From NCBI GenBank assembly GCA_038087875.1, contig CM075997.1:4156001-4220000 (forward strand): 64,000 nt of DNA, given 5' to 3'. Made by a program: the position numbers and the translations under genes. Below are positions 52,501 through 63,104 of this stretch, in pieces. A model generated the notes under the pieces. That model saw only the letters and a list, made by a program, of their open reading frames with translations, did no database searches and was not told the DNA's origin. Source of the DNA: Malacoraja senta (Eukaryota). Numbering within the stretch: position 1 is the first letter of the stretch; every line of letters starts with the position of its first letter.

Positions 52501-55500
52501 GGACCTACACAGTAAATGGTAGGCCTCTGGGTACTGTTGTAGAGCAGAGGGATCTAGGAGTACAAGTGCATGGTTCCATGAAGGTCGAGTCGCAGGTAGA
52601 TAATGTGGTCAAAAAGGCTTTTGGCACTTTGGTCTTCATCAGTCAGAGTAGTGAGTATAGAAGTTGGGTGGTCATGTTGCAGTTGTATAAGAGGTTGGTG
52701 AGACCACAATACTGAATACTGTGTTCAGTTCTGGGCACCATGTTATAAGAAAGATATTGTCACGCTTGAAAGGGTTCAGAAAAGATTTACGAGGATGTTG
52801 CCAGGACTAGAGGGTGTGAGCTATTGGGAGAGGTTGAATAGGCTGAGTCTCTATTCCATGGAGCGCAGGAGGACGAGGGGAGATCTTAGAGGTATACAAA
52901 ATCATGAGAGGAATAGATCGGGTAGATGCACAGTCTTTTACCCAGAGTAGGAGAATCGAGGACCAGAGGACATAGGTTCAAGGTGAAGGGGAAAAGATTT
53001 AATAGGAATCTGAGGGGTGACTTTTTCACACAGAGGGTGGTGGGTGTATGGAACAAGCTGCCAGAGGAGGTAGTTGAGGCTGGGACTATCCCATCGTTTA
53101 AGAAACAGTTGGACAGGTACATGGATAGGACAGATTTGGAGGGTTATTGACCAAGCGCAGGCAAGTGGTAGCTGGGACACCGAAGGGCCTGTTTCACATC
53201 AGTAACCCTCAATTGTCCCATTGAAACAGCCACCTAAATCACTTGGCTATTTCAGGTCTTGCTCTTCGACAACCAGGATGAGTATTAAACATTGGCTTTG
53301 CCAGCAGTCTCCATGGTCTGTGACTAACATACCAGACTTTATTACACGGTTTCCTTACCATACATTTATGTGCTGGTCAAACAGAAAGTTTTCAGTGTTT
53401 AGACATGTGAGGGCTCGGTCAACTGCAAATCCATCCCCCATTTCCACCATGGCAGCTCCAGGTTTGCTTTTCAGGAACTTAACCTGTAAATACAGATCAG
53501 CAGCTGAAATATAGTGTTGACATTTGCTTTAAAACCAGGACCTAAAACCTGAAAAACTACACTGCTGGAGTAACTCAGCAGATCAGGTAGCATCTCTGGA
53601 GAACATGAATAGGTAAAGGGCCTGTCCACTTAGACCATTTTTTAAAGCGACTACAGGCAACTGCCGAAAAATTTTCAACATGTTGAAAAATTTTCGTCGA
53701 CAGTGGCGACAATTTGGGCTGTCATAGGTTGGCTCCGGTGCTGACCGGTGAATTCCATTGTTCTAGTCGCTGGCAGTCGCCTTAAAAAAAATCGCCTAAG
53801 TGGGACAGGCCCTTAAGTTTCATGTCAGGGACCCTTCTTTAGACCAAGACTAAAGACTCTTCAGACTAAACCCTGAACCTTGGTGATAGAGTGATGACGT
53901 TAGCCAGACCTTTGAAGGCGAGAAAAAGGAAATACTAGGGCATACGTTCAAGCTTTCCAAAAGTTGGCTAAGACTTGCCCACCAATCGACATAAATAAAA
54001 CAGTGGAGGCACAAGAGATCGCAGTTGTTGGAATCTGAAGCAACAAAAAAAATTGGTGGAAGAACTCAGCGGGACAAGCAGCATCTGTATAGGCAAAGAG
54101 ACGTTCCAAGTTTTGGGTCAGGAACCTGCACGAGTCCAGCAGTTCATGTTGAAATAAAAGTTGTTGTGCAAGTCATTTTGGTTTGCCAGACTTTCCTATG
54201 TGCAAATTGGCAGCCACATTTTTCTTAGTCATCCAAACAAATAGCAGCAAATGTGAGCATTACTAGTATGCTCAAATTCAAAGATAGGGTCAACAAATCC
54301 TCGTAAATCATAAGACATTGGAGCAGGTAGACAAAAAGTTCTGGAGGAACTCAGCGGGTGAGGCAGCATCTATGTAGAGAAGGAATAGGCGATATTTCGA
54401 CCCGAAAAGTCACCTATTCCTTCTCTACATAGATGCTGTCTCACCCGCTGAGTTCCCCCAGCACATTTTGTCTACCTTCGATTTTTCCAGCATCTGCAGT
54501 TCCTTCTTAGACATAGGAGCAGAATTAGGCCATTCGACCCGTTGAGTTTACTCCACCATTCAATCATGGCTGATCTACTTTTTCCTCACAACCCCATTCT
54601 CCCTGTAACCGGTGACACCCACATTGATCAAGAACCTATTCATCTCTGCTTTAAAAATACCAGAGCAGTCTGTGGCAATGAATTTCTGTCTACATGGTCC
54701 CATGTTATCATATTGTACTTGTCAAAGTATTAGTCTTGAAAAGAAATGGCAAACATGAATGAATTAACCAGGGAAACAGATTGTAAACACTTCTATCAGA
54801 AACAATTTCAGACTTCTTATAAAGACCAGCGCCAAGTCCAGTGAAAACATACCTTATGCACATTTCCATAGAGACAGAAAACGTTGAACACTCTATCCGG
54901 GTTCAGTCTCTTAGTATCTAGCCCATAAACAATCAGGACTGGACTATCTGCTAGAGGACCATAATCACCATGTGGTGAAAGAGGAGGTGGCTGATTTGGA
55001 GAGCCATACTGAGATGAGTAGCGCCGTGAAGGTGGACCCCTCCGAGGACCTGAGGCTGGAGGTGGTGGTGGTGGAGGACCCATCCCCCTGCCTTCGTAAC
55101 GGTGTGGCGGAGTATAATCATCGTCATCATCATCATAAAAGCCATGATATGTTGAGGGAGGATAGCCGTGACCTGGTCAAAATGAAATGACGCACGGTCA
55201 GAAACACAAGCTAAACAAGCAAAGGATATGCAAGTTAGACTGAAAACTAGAAGACCACATGTGGAAGTGGAACACCACTTGTAGTTTTTGGACAATGCAA
55301 CTGGTTGTTGGAAACCATGGTGCCCAATGTGTATCAGCTTGGATCAGTGGTGGCGTTCCACACCAAAAAACAGAAACTTTGAACATTTTAACTGGAAATT
55401 CAGAGCGACATCTTGTGTTTCATGAGATTTGACAGAAGTTGCAGCTGGAGGCTAACTGTATTGCGAAACTGTTATGTAATTCAATAGACAATAGGCGCAG

Positions 55501-58500
55501 GAGTAGGCCATTCGGCCCTTCGAGCCAGCACCACCATTCAATGTGATCAAGGCTGATCATCCCCAATCAGTACCCCGTTCCTGCCTTCTCCCCATATCCC
55601 CTGACTCCGCTATTTTTAAGAGCCCTATCTAGCTCTCACTTGAAAGCATCTAGAGAACCTGCCTCCACTGCCCTGTGAGGCAGAGAATTCCACAGACTCA
55701 CCACTCTCTGTGAGAAAAAGTGTTTCCTCGTCTCCGTTCTAAGATTCAAAGATTGATTCAATACCATACAAATCAACAGTGCTTATTTGTTTACTACAAG
55801 GCACTTCAAGGAACTAAGAATGAAGAGAATTTAACATAAAGATTTTAATAATCTTAATATATAATTTTGGGGGAACTAATGGGAGGTAAGTGCTACAAAC
55901 ACATGGTCTCTGAGGTGATAGCACATCTCAAATACTGTGACTGAAAAAAGGGATAAAGTATGGGCAATTCCATCCAGTGCACTTGGCAAATGCAGTTGGA
56001 TTCAGTACAATTGGATCTCATTCCTCGTTTCTGGCTGTATTGAGTAGTTAGATCTTACTCCTTGCCCAGCAAGTTCAAGCATAAAGAGGACGAACATCCA
56101 GGCCCCAAACACAGTCTTGTCTTGAATATTAAGCCACATCACAGGTGCTGGATGTGCAAACATTTAAAATCAATTCAAAGTATATCATGACTGCATTGCA
56201 CTTTAATTAGTCGAGCATAAAGCTGAACTACTATTATTAGTACTACTATTTTTCTTTAGCGCAATCCAAAAAAAAATAATTTTACTCACCAAAGTTGGAT
56301 GGAGCATCACCAAGTAAGGCAGGTGGTCTTGAACGCTTGCTTGGAGGCTCTGGAATAGAAGATGAGAGAAAACGAAGAAAAGAAATGCATCCCACAGAAA
56401 TAAAACACCAACATTGTTACACATGAAGTCCCACTTTCAGCAGAAGATTTAATAGCTTTCCCCAAGGATATAATACCAAACAGTTATTGGAAGTCAATTC
56501 AAAAGTATGCATAATAAGACAGAACTAATACATAAATGTCTACTTACAGCAGTGCTAGGGCACAAGGTCCAAGTGAACATTATCTTACCACTTTTATGCC
56601 TCAACAGCAACAAATGGTTTGAAAGATGGCTCTCCATCAAACATACGGTTGCAAGAAGATTCAACACAGGCTTGAAACTTCAACCCTGCATCATAGGTTT
56701 TACAATAAATGACCATAGAAACAAAAGATTACAATTAGAAAATTCTCTAAACATCATAGATCTTTATTTGCATTTTAAGCTTACAGCACACAGAGGAAAT
56801 TACAGAAGAAACACATTAACATATGAAAGACCGATGACCAGATCATGTGAGAGGTGATACAGGAAAAGCTATTCATCAGTGTTTGAACCCTAAGTACAGC
56901 ATTCTCTGGTTTGTTGGGTCATTTGGAAATTTAAGTGTACATATTCTGAAATGTCTAAGTGCAGTACATTTTTTTTCCTTTAAATTACTGACTATTGTTT
57001 ATGCAAATATAACATTACCCGTTTATAGTAGACCACAGACATTGCATTATGGGATGTGTTTCAAAACAATTTGATATGTAACATACAATTTAAATTTTTG
57101 ATCAGCAAATGAATATATGGATGGCTAATGTGCCTTATCTAACCTATATAAGCTACCGTATAGGGTTCAGTGCACATTCCCCTTTCTAGTCACCATAGTT
57201 GCAATAAGCATATTGAATTAAAGTTCAGCCAAACTTATTGGAGCAGTTTAGAAAAATCAATAGGAAAACGTATAAATGAGCCAGTTGAGCCCTTGGTTCA
57301 ATCTTCTGCATTTCATAATTTTTCTTCTACTGTGCCATGGCAGTTAAGCTTCAACACCTACTGAGAACACAAAGAAACTGCCCACAAATTGCTTTCCAAT
57401 TACTTTCCTGTAGCCTGCAGTGGAAATGTATACAGTACTGTGTCAGGGGCTATGGGGAGAAGGTAGGAGAATGGGGTTAAGAGGGAAAGATAGATCAGCC
57501 ATGACTGAATGGCGGAGTGACATGATGGGTCGAATGGCCTAATTCTGCTCCCATCACTTGTGACAAGGTCAGGCTTGGGTTCAATGTCAGCAGACCATCC
57601 ATCTACCTGCACATTGACCATGGCCTTTCAAGCTTACATGTAAATAGTTACTTTGGGCAGGTTATTGAAAACACAATGTACTTTAAGCAAGCACTAAAGT
57701 GAGAAGTAGGGAGCACATACAGCTCCCAAACCAAGCACCACCCTCTTAGATTTACAAAATGCCATTGAAAACACCTTGGCTGTCAAAAAACCTTCATTTA
57801 AGTTTCAGAGGTTAATTAATCTTTGGAATTCATGACTCCTGCTATTTAATACAGAGGGAAATCCATCACTTCCGCTAATCAAATATCTCTTTGTAAATGT
57901 GGCAAAATATTAAAGTAACCAATCTTCTTGACAGTGCATGGATACCACATTCCCTTTAGATGGCATTATTAATTGAGGTTAGTACTTGTTCACATCTATT
58001 CTACTGTTCTCAAAATTCTAAGAGTCTTCTTAAGACGATTTACAGATGGAAACTACATCAGCTCAGTAGTACCTCTTCTCCATTCCATGGCAATAGTTAA
58101 CACCATCAGGGTTCTCAAGTTGCACATTTCTGTTCAGAGATTCCATAACAGTCCACATATCCACAAATGTTTGGCTGAACTTTGAAATTTTGCTCATGCT
58201 CTCCATAGGCACTGATGCATTCCAGTTGGTTTGATTTATTACAGGCTATATAAACCCTAAAGCATCTTACAAGACAGAAACAGGTCAGGGGATTACCACT
58301 GCATAGTTGGGAGTCATTTGTTATTTCAGAATCGTTTGCCATTTCAGAAATGGCATCCAATGAACTTGACACGTATATATTCCAAATGTCGATTCACCAC
58401 AAGATATTTCCCCTTAGTTTGTTTTGCAAGATACTTTTTTGGAAAAACAAAGTCCCATTTAAAACTAAATACCTAAAAAGCCCTTAAACAAAGTGACCAG

Positions 58501-61500
58501 AATCAAGGGTGATGTTTTAGAGAAGGGGTAATTAACAAAAGTGAGTGTGGGGGGGGAAACCCCCCAACTCATCCCCTGCCCATAAATGAGGTATAACTGA
58601 ACACGGACGATTTGGACCAGGGTGAATTTAATATGAAGCATCATAAAGAATGCAGCTTAGGAAAATACCCGGTGAAGCATTTGGCTTTTGAGGTGACAAT
58701 GTTCAAAACATGTATAGACAGGCAAAATTGCAACATAAAATCCCAAACTAGTGGCACTTGTAGAACTTGCATGAAAAGATGCAAATACTTGTGTAGCTTA
58801 ACATGGGAGCACCACGTCACCTTGGGATAGTTATTACAATACAATAGAAGTGTTTCTGCTCCCCAAATTTCAGTTATGAGAAACCAAAGCTAGTACATTG
58901 ATTTCTGAAGAAGTCATCGACAAAAGACTTATCAAGTTACCCACTGTTGAAATGAGAATTGTTGCTAAGTATCCCACCTCATGTAGACATTTAAATAGTT
59001 TCATTACATTTTGATTCTTAAACTACAATGAATGAATAGCGACGTGGTGCCCCCATGCGTGACAAAAGATTGACAAAAAATTGAAATGGTGGAATGTGTA
59101 GTTGCCCTCGTGCTCCTTATAAACCCTTAGCAGTGACTGTACCTGCTCACAGATGGTGTCAGCAAGACTTCTCCTGCGGAAGTGACTGCCTCTCTGGTGG
59201 TAGAATAGTCTGTCAAGTGGAAGGAACTGGTAACCTTCACAGATTCTGTATGACTGGAGTAATTTAAGGCAAAATAGCTTCTGTACCGGTGGACAAAATT
59301 TCAGTGCATGTGAGAAAGTGTCACATTTTTCTGCAGCTAACAGGGATAGGAGGCTTTGTAGATCAATTATTTCAGTGTCTTCGCCTTCCTAGAGATTCGT
59401 GAGATTCGTTAGATTTACAGAGTAAAACGGGAAATATTTGAGGTGAATTATTCAGATATTTCATGGTCTTGACCGCTTGAAGAACATCCTCGTTCAATTG
59501 TGTTTTCTTATTGAGTACAGTGTTGTTCACATGACAAGACGTGCGTGCAGTCGACGTCCAACGGTGGTAATGCTCACCATTACAAGTGTATGTATAAATG
59601 AGCATCTTGTATTGTAGTCAGTGAATAAAGGCTGTTGAGGAAAGGCTGAAGGATCGCTGTATGAGGAGGGTAAGCTTCCAGCAACCTTCGATTTCTGGTT
59701 AGCACACTGGCATTGGCTGGCACTTCAAAAAAATCCAAGTCTCAACACAATTAAGCAAACTGGAAACAATTCTGGGACCGCATTCCAATTGCTGGGGACA
59801 TTTTCATTCGAGGAACGCAGGATCGACAATATTAAGGGGAGATTATTGCTGGATTACAAATATATTTACCTCCATAGTTAATGGTTTAAAGTTAATAACA
59901 CTAAATGAAGACAACAGTTGTTTAATCCCCATTTAGAATAATCTTTACAATCTCATGATTACGTTTAATAGCAGATGATTTAAAGGACAGTGTAAACAAG
60001 GTGATCCAAATAGAGTACTTGGCAGATCCCACTCTGAAAAGAAGCATCCCAAACTCTTATGGCATTAATGTGATTTTGTTCATCATCTCCTGGAGCCATT
60101 TTTGTATTAAACTTAATGTGGAATACCGAGAAAAGTGGGGAGCAAGTGAGGAAACTAAACTGAAAGCAAGAAACACAGAATTAAAGGTATGGCATGTAAC
60201 CACTCCACTCTGACAGGGTAACATAGAACAGACATGAAAATTGCATTATACATACATTAATTTGCAGATTTTTCACCCTTCAAGACTCTTGAAGATCTCG
60301 GGCGAACAGAGCAAAAAAGAGCGACAATTTGCAGCATGTTTTTGCTCCGATTAACAATGAGGTGAGAGGTTAATGCTCCGACAAAATAGCAGAAAGTTGA
60401 ATCGAGCCTCGAGTCTTTGATGAAATCCACACTCAGATTTATTGAGATTAAATATTTGAAGAACTGAGGTGACCACAAAATGAATTCCTTCAATTCACAG
60501 TACAAATGAATGGTTAAAATAGATAGTAGTCAGGTTGCTCCTCACGAAATACATCTAGGTACAATAACCATGTTGAGATATTGTGGAGGTGTTTCACTGT
60601 ATTCTACAATAATCAAATACAAAGTACTTGAATCTCAGAGTAACATTGGTTAATTTCCCTTACATGAGAAAATGTGAATAGTCCTCTATAAACCATGAAT
60701 CGTCTAATACATTACTACTGACCATCACCTGTGGCCGTCAAAAACTTTACAAGTCATAAGGGGTGCTTACAAGGCAGGAAACAAATTGATAGACTCTAAT
60801 AAGTGTAGCACACTGTTAGCTTAGGCCAGGAAATTAACATTATATCAAACTATTAAATAGCTCAGAGTTCTTTTAAACAATAAATTGGTGACAAGGTTAA
60901 TAACATGTGTGCTGGGTTTACACCCAGCTGGTAGGCTGGTGAAGGCGGGTAAATTTACAACTTTTGTTCGTACAAGAAAGGTTAATATTTATAGGGAATA
61001 ATAGGTCAAATGTATTATTGAAATATTTGGTAATGCATTCCCACATGGAAATTTTCATGAAGCCACAACTTCACCAGATAACCATATTAAAAATTTACCG
61101 TAATTATTGAAAATCCACTGAGGTGTGTTAATAAGTGCTGGGAGACAAATCATTTCACAAATTAAACCAAACTGGCTCAGTATCAAGCCAAATATTATTA
61201 GACTCCATTTCCAATAACACTATTCTGTCTGCATTCCCACTAAGGTTTCTGCCAAGCGTAATATCGAGTGTGAAATGTTTGTTGAATCCCATTTTGAATT
61301 CAGGATCATAATTCTAACTTCCCAATATTCAGTTGTCTTTACAGAGCATTGTAAGCTACACAATAGCATTATTGGCCTGTCACTAGTGTTTGGAAAGATA
61401 TGAAGTTATGAATTAATTGTAATACAGTAAGTCTCTGCAGAGTATTAAATTAGCTTGCTTTGAGTACTGATAGTTCCTGGTCTCCAGTGACACCACACAA

Positions 61501-63062
61501 GCAAGCAAATCATGCTCTGCATTAACATACAATTTATTTCCGGGCAGTCCAATCCAAGTATACAAGTATAATTCAATGCAAGAATCATTTACAGCACAGT
61601 TTATGTATTTAGATATTGCTGTGAATAGATTTAAGAAGATTCAGGTATATGTCCACAAAGAAAAAGTTTGAAAGGAAACAATTTGAAGCGCTGTGGTTGT
61701 CTACCTGCTTGAATGACTGTTTTATTATCACCTTGCTCACACTAATTTTAATCTATATCTCCCAAATGTCACAGGACCGGATAACCAATATCACCAGTGC
61801 TGGAAGCTTACCTCAGTGTAGATTCAAGATTTAACCTTTGACTTTCAACCATTATCCATGAGATTCGGGCCAAATTAAAAAATATTTAACCTTAAACTGT
61901 GTTAATTAGATAATCACTACAAAACCAGGTCAAGAAGCAGCTATATTAAATGTATTTGGAAAAGATCAGTATACTTTCTCCTCAAATTACTTTCGACCAA
62001 ACATTATGTATGAATCTAAATCACAGTCTGAATTCAGGAACTAAAGGAAAATTTTCAATCAACTCAGTCAATTTGCATCTGCAAATGGCTCGGGGCAAAA
62101 ATGCAGTGCGTAATGGATTTTTGTGAAAAGATTAGCAAGACTGAATTTAATAAGACTTGTGATGAGTCAATGACCAGCTACGGCAAAGAGAAAAGTCTAA
62201 AGTATCAGACGATATCCGTTAACCTACCACTCCTCCTGACTATTTTAAAATGCATGGACACATATGCATGTGAAAGATTGAAACCATAGCTGATACCCGT
62301 TTACACCAAGATTAAATCGATGAGGTATCAAAAAGCAAACGGAATTGCAGCATGAAGAACTGCCCTCAGAAGGGGAAGGGATGAGAATATCCATCTACTA
62401 AATTAATTTTAGTTTTATATTTAAATCAAGGATAAAACTTGCATTTAAAATGCATCAGAAACTGGAGAAAGTTTAGACCCTGGGCATTTCACACTAGAGA
62501 TTTCCCAAAGGAGATATTTCCAGAGTTTTGTCCAAACAAAGCTAAAGGCACGTCTGCAACTGGCAGGGATGAGCAGTTGGAGATGCATATGAGCCAGAGA
62601 CGGTGGCATGCAATTTCCTTAGAAATGTAAAAGAATATAGGTGACAGAAAGCCATTGAGGGATTTGAACAGAAACCTTTGTAACTGGCTACCAGCAGACC
62701 ACAAGTATCAGCTAACCTTTAGCAACTTTAAAGTCAGCGATGAGAAATGTTAAGAACTCCATCAACTTTGATCATAAAATTTCAGGCTGCCAAACCAAAT
62801 CTGGACTGCTAAAATCCATATATACTACATAGATAAACAAGATATGCTTGCCCCTGCACTCTAATTGACAATGGCTGAAGGTCAGAGGTTCCAGTATAGG
62901 TTTGCAAACAGAAAATAATGTTGAATAAAAGCAGGACACAAAGATAGGTTGTGCAAGAGAGAATAACAACTCACTTATTATGGTCTTACCTGGTCTACCA
63001 GGGTTTGGGTTTACATAGTCCCAGGTATCAGCATCATTCTTAAAGACATTCAGGCGGGTTGG
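31456..63062 (-). CDS. HNRNPL: hnRNP L / hnRNP L-like gene, 3' portion. Spliced CDS: join 62990-63062, 56290-56349, 54853-55172, 53359-53483, 48546-48747, 46910-46967, [45402-45422 candidate], 33181-33276, 31456-31502. The 5' exons are outside the window.
   Basis: Manually spliced GT-AG exons give one continuous frame: PTRLNVFKNDADTWDYVNPN...DSPVLIVYGLDTKRLNPDRVFNVFCLYGNVHKVKFLKSKPGAAMVEMGDGFAVDRAL...KNRIQKPNNMLHFFSAP...SSSGLLEFESKCDAFEALVMLNHYRIKNPDGPDLYTLKLCFSTA*. This is clearly hnRNP L family and closer to L than LL. Exact orthology is uncertain. Confidence 0.93.
31715..32515. mobile_element. Non-autonomous DNA transposon (hAT-like) inserted in a CR1 3'-end fragment in the last intron
   Basis: TIRs CAGAGCTGCCAAGT / ACTTGGCAGCTCTG; internal CT-rich tract at 32003-32125. 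Confidence 0.7.
33181..33276 (-). CDS. HNRNPL: hnRNP L-like coding exon (RRM4), 96 nt
   Basis: cttgcag|GT GAG AAA AGC...AAT CCA G|gtacat; encodes GEKSSSGLLEFESKCDAFEALVMLNHYRIKNP. Confidence 0.95.
33380..38340 (-). mobile_element. CR1 LINE (ORF2 EN and RT, frameshifted), split by an L2 insertion
   Basis: Peptides VLYMNAQSIRNK..GITETW, GDFN, LDFQKAFDKVPH, GVPQGSVLGP, KFADDTKL and RPHLEYCVQFWSP; the 3' end at 33380-33577 resumes at 35661. Confidence 0.9.
33578..35660 (+). mobile_element. L2 LINE, 5'-truncated, nested in the CR1
   Basis: Peptides PWYTPALRKLK, NYRPISNLPFLSK.LE, HSTETALLKV.ND, GVPQGSVLG, YADDTQIY and GGRAFS.AAPRLWNSLP; L2-type 3' end aagcgactttgag...gcgctatataaa(tat)n. Confidence 0.92.
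38500..38750 (+). mobile_element. tRNA-derived V-SINE-like element
   Basis: Head ggtggcacagtg..ggttcgatcctgac and V-like core. Confidence 0.65.
39042..39488. mobile_element. PIF/Harbinger-like MITE
   Basis: TIRs AGGGGCTGTCCCGCTTGGGCGACCTAA / TTAGGTCGCCCAAGTGGGACTGCCCCT; internal cgacta repeats. Confidence 0.75.
39660..40060 (+). mobile_element. 3' end of an R2-group (Hero-like, RLE-bearing) non-LTR retrotransposon
   Basis: Peptide GLVATSMTSLLKKMGVKG..L....K.LSNSAEK, then with a frameshift SNWLWMKRKDNNW, resembling Hero ORF C-termini; followed by a structured 3' UTR. Confidence 0.6.
40600..40876 (-). mobile_element. tRNA-derived V-SINE/HE1-like SINE
   Basis: Minus-strand head gggtggcacggtggtgcagcggtagagttgctgcc...gggttccatcctgac and V-like core. 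Confidence 0.75.
42170..43152 (+). mobile_element. Rex1/Babar LINE 3' fragment
   Basis: Peptides GAPQGCVLSPLL, FKFLGVHIS, AHQRLYFLRRL and HPGHTL.SLLPS.RRYRS; (CTTGAA)n tail. Confidence 0.88.
43305..45131 (+). mobile_element. CR1 LINE, young and 5'-truncated (RT ORF with one frameshift)
   Basis: 392-aa and 188-aa ORFs with KSPGPD, NYRPVSLTS, FADDTKL and RPHLEYCVQFWSP; (TTTCTATG) tail. Confidence 0.93.
45402..45422 (-). CDS. HNRNPL: Candidate 21-nt in-frame micro-exon (GGSKGNQ) in RRM4
   Basis: ttaac branch-like motif, a long pyrimidine tract, then ggccag|GTGGATCTAAAGGCAATCAAG|gtaggg. Phase 1/1, no stop, and it sits in a short unique island between LINEs. Confidence 0.55.
45675..46700 (+). 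mobile_element. Rex/Babar 3' fragment containing a Penelope-like short element (about 46185-46360) and a (TA/CA)n microsatellite (about 46365-46570)
   Basis: Peptides ISEDLSW..HTDA..K.HQRL.FLRRL and HPGHTL..PLPSGRR; ACAATAAA tail. Confidence 0.8.
46910..46967 (-). CDS. HNRNPL: hnRNP L-like coding exon (RRM4), 58 nt
   Basis: ttttacag|ATA TCG GAC...GGG AAA G|gtagg; encodes ISDKVDVKRPKSVIFFSGK. Confidence 0.92.
47689..48061. mobile_element. CAAAG-terminated MITE, same family as 13402-14110
   Basis: TIRs CAAAGATCCTATAG / CTATGGGATCTTTG; perfect 8-bp TSD gttccaga at 47681-47688 and 48062-48069. Confidence 0.85.
48546..48747 (-). CDS. HNRNPL: hnRNP L-like coding exon (RRM3 end and RRM4 start), 202 nt
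   Basis: cccacag|T GTG TCA AAA...CAT CAG|gtttg; encodes VSKQKVIVPGQSFELDDGSCSFKDYATNRNNRFTNVKQAAKNRIQKPNNMLHFFSAPPGIGEEVFHQ. Confidence 0.95.
48965..53200 (+). mobile_element. Near full-length degenerate CR1 LINE (5' UTR tandem repeats, ORF1 zinc-finger and esterase, ORF2 EN and RT)
   Basis: ORF1: QCVSCRMWE..HTCGNC, GDSIVRG, VVHVGTNDIG, KVVISGLLPVP. ORF2: TETWL, YRPPNS, GDFNFP, SDH, MDFSKAFDKVPH, FADDTK. The 5' unit aaggtga.tca.agggaaagacagtttaaaaag occurs twice. Confidence 0.9.
53359..53483 (-). CDS. HNRNPL: hnRNP L-like coding exon (RRM3), 125 nt
   Basis: ttacag|GTT AAG TTC...GTA TG|gtaag; encodes VKFLKSKPGAAMVEMGDGFAVDRALTCLNTENFLFDQHINV(C). Confidence 0.95.
53617..53813. mobile_element. 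PIF/Harbinger-like MITE nested in a Penelope-like short element
   Basis: TIRs AGGGCCTGTCC(C)ACTTAG / CTAAGTGGGACAGGCCCT; TAA TSD on both sides. Confidence 0.85.
54327..54508. mobile_element. Hairpin-forming Penelope-like short element inserted in a CR1 3' fragment
   Basis: Inverted arms (aactcagcgggtgaggcagcatctatgtag / ctacatagatgctgtctcacccgctgagtt); flanking duplication agaca(tt/ta)ggagcag. Confidence 0.75.
54853..55172 (-). CDS. HNRNPL: hnRNP L-like coding exon (Pro-rich linker and start of RRM3), 320 nt
   Basis: gaccag|GT CAC GGC...GTG CAT AAG|gtatg; encodes ...YEGRGMGPPPPPPP...YGPLADSPVLIVYGLD...RVFNVFCLYGNVHK. Confidence 0.95.
55483..55742 (-). mobile_element. CR1 3'-end fragment
   Basis: Nearly identical to 33390-33577, plus the CR1 terminal hairpin (ggagtaggccattcggccc). 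Confidence 0.8.
56290..56349 (-). CDS. HNRNPL: hnRNP L-like coding exon (linker), 60 nt
   Basis: ttctattccag|AG CCT CCA AGC AAG CGT...AAC TTT G|gtgagt; encodes EPPSKRSRPPALLGDAPSNF, matching the KR..PPLLGD.P motif of hnRNP L. Confidence 0.9.
56589..56685 (-). other. HNRNPL: Poison (PTC/NMD) cassette exon homologous to HNRNPL exon 6A, about 97 nt
   Basis: gatgcag|GGTTGAAG...GTATGTTTGATGGAGAGCCATCTTTCA...AAAGTG|gtaagata, with an in-frame TAA at 56594-56596. It lies in the intron equivalent to human intron 6. The donor is strong; the acceptor is less certain. Confidence 0.75.
62990..63062 (-). CDS. HNRNPL: hnRNP L-like coding exon (end of RRM2; equivalent of human exon 6), 73 nt
   Basis: ttgcag|CCA ACC CGC...AGA CCA G|gtaag; encodes PTRLNVFKNDADTWDYVNPNPGRP. 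Confidence 0.95.
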
Positions 63063-63104
63063 CTGCAACAGAAAGCAAGATATTTGTACAACTCCCCCGA
63101 CTAT

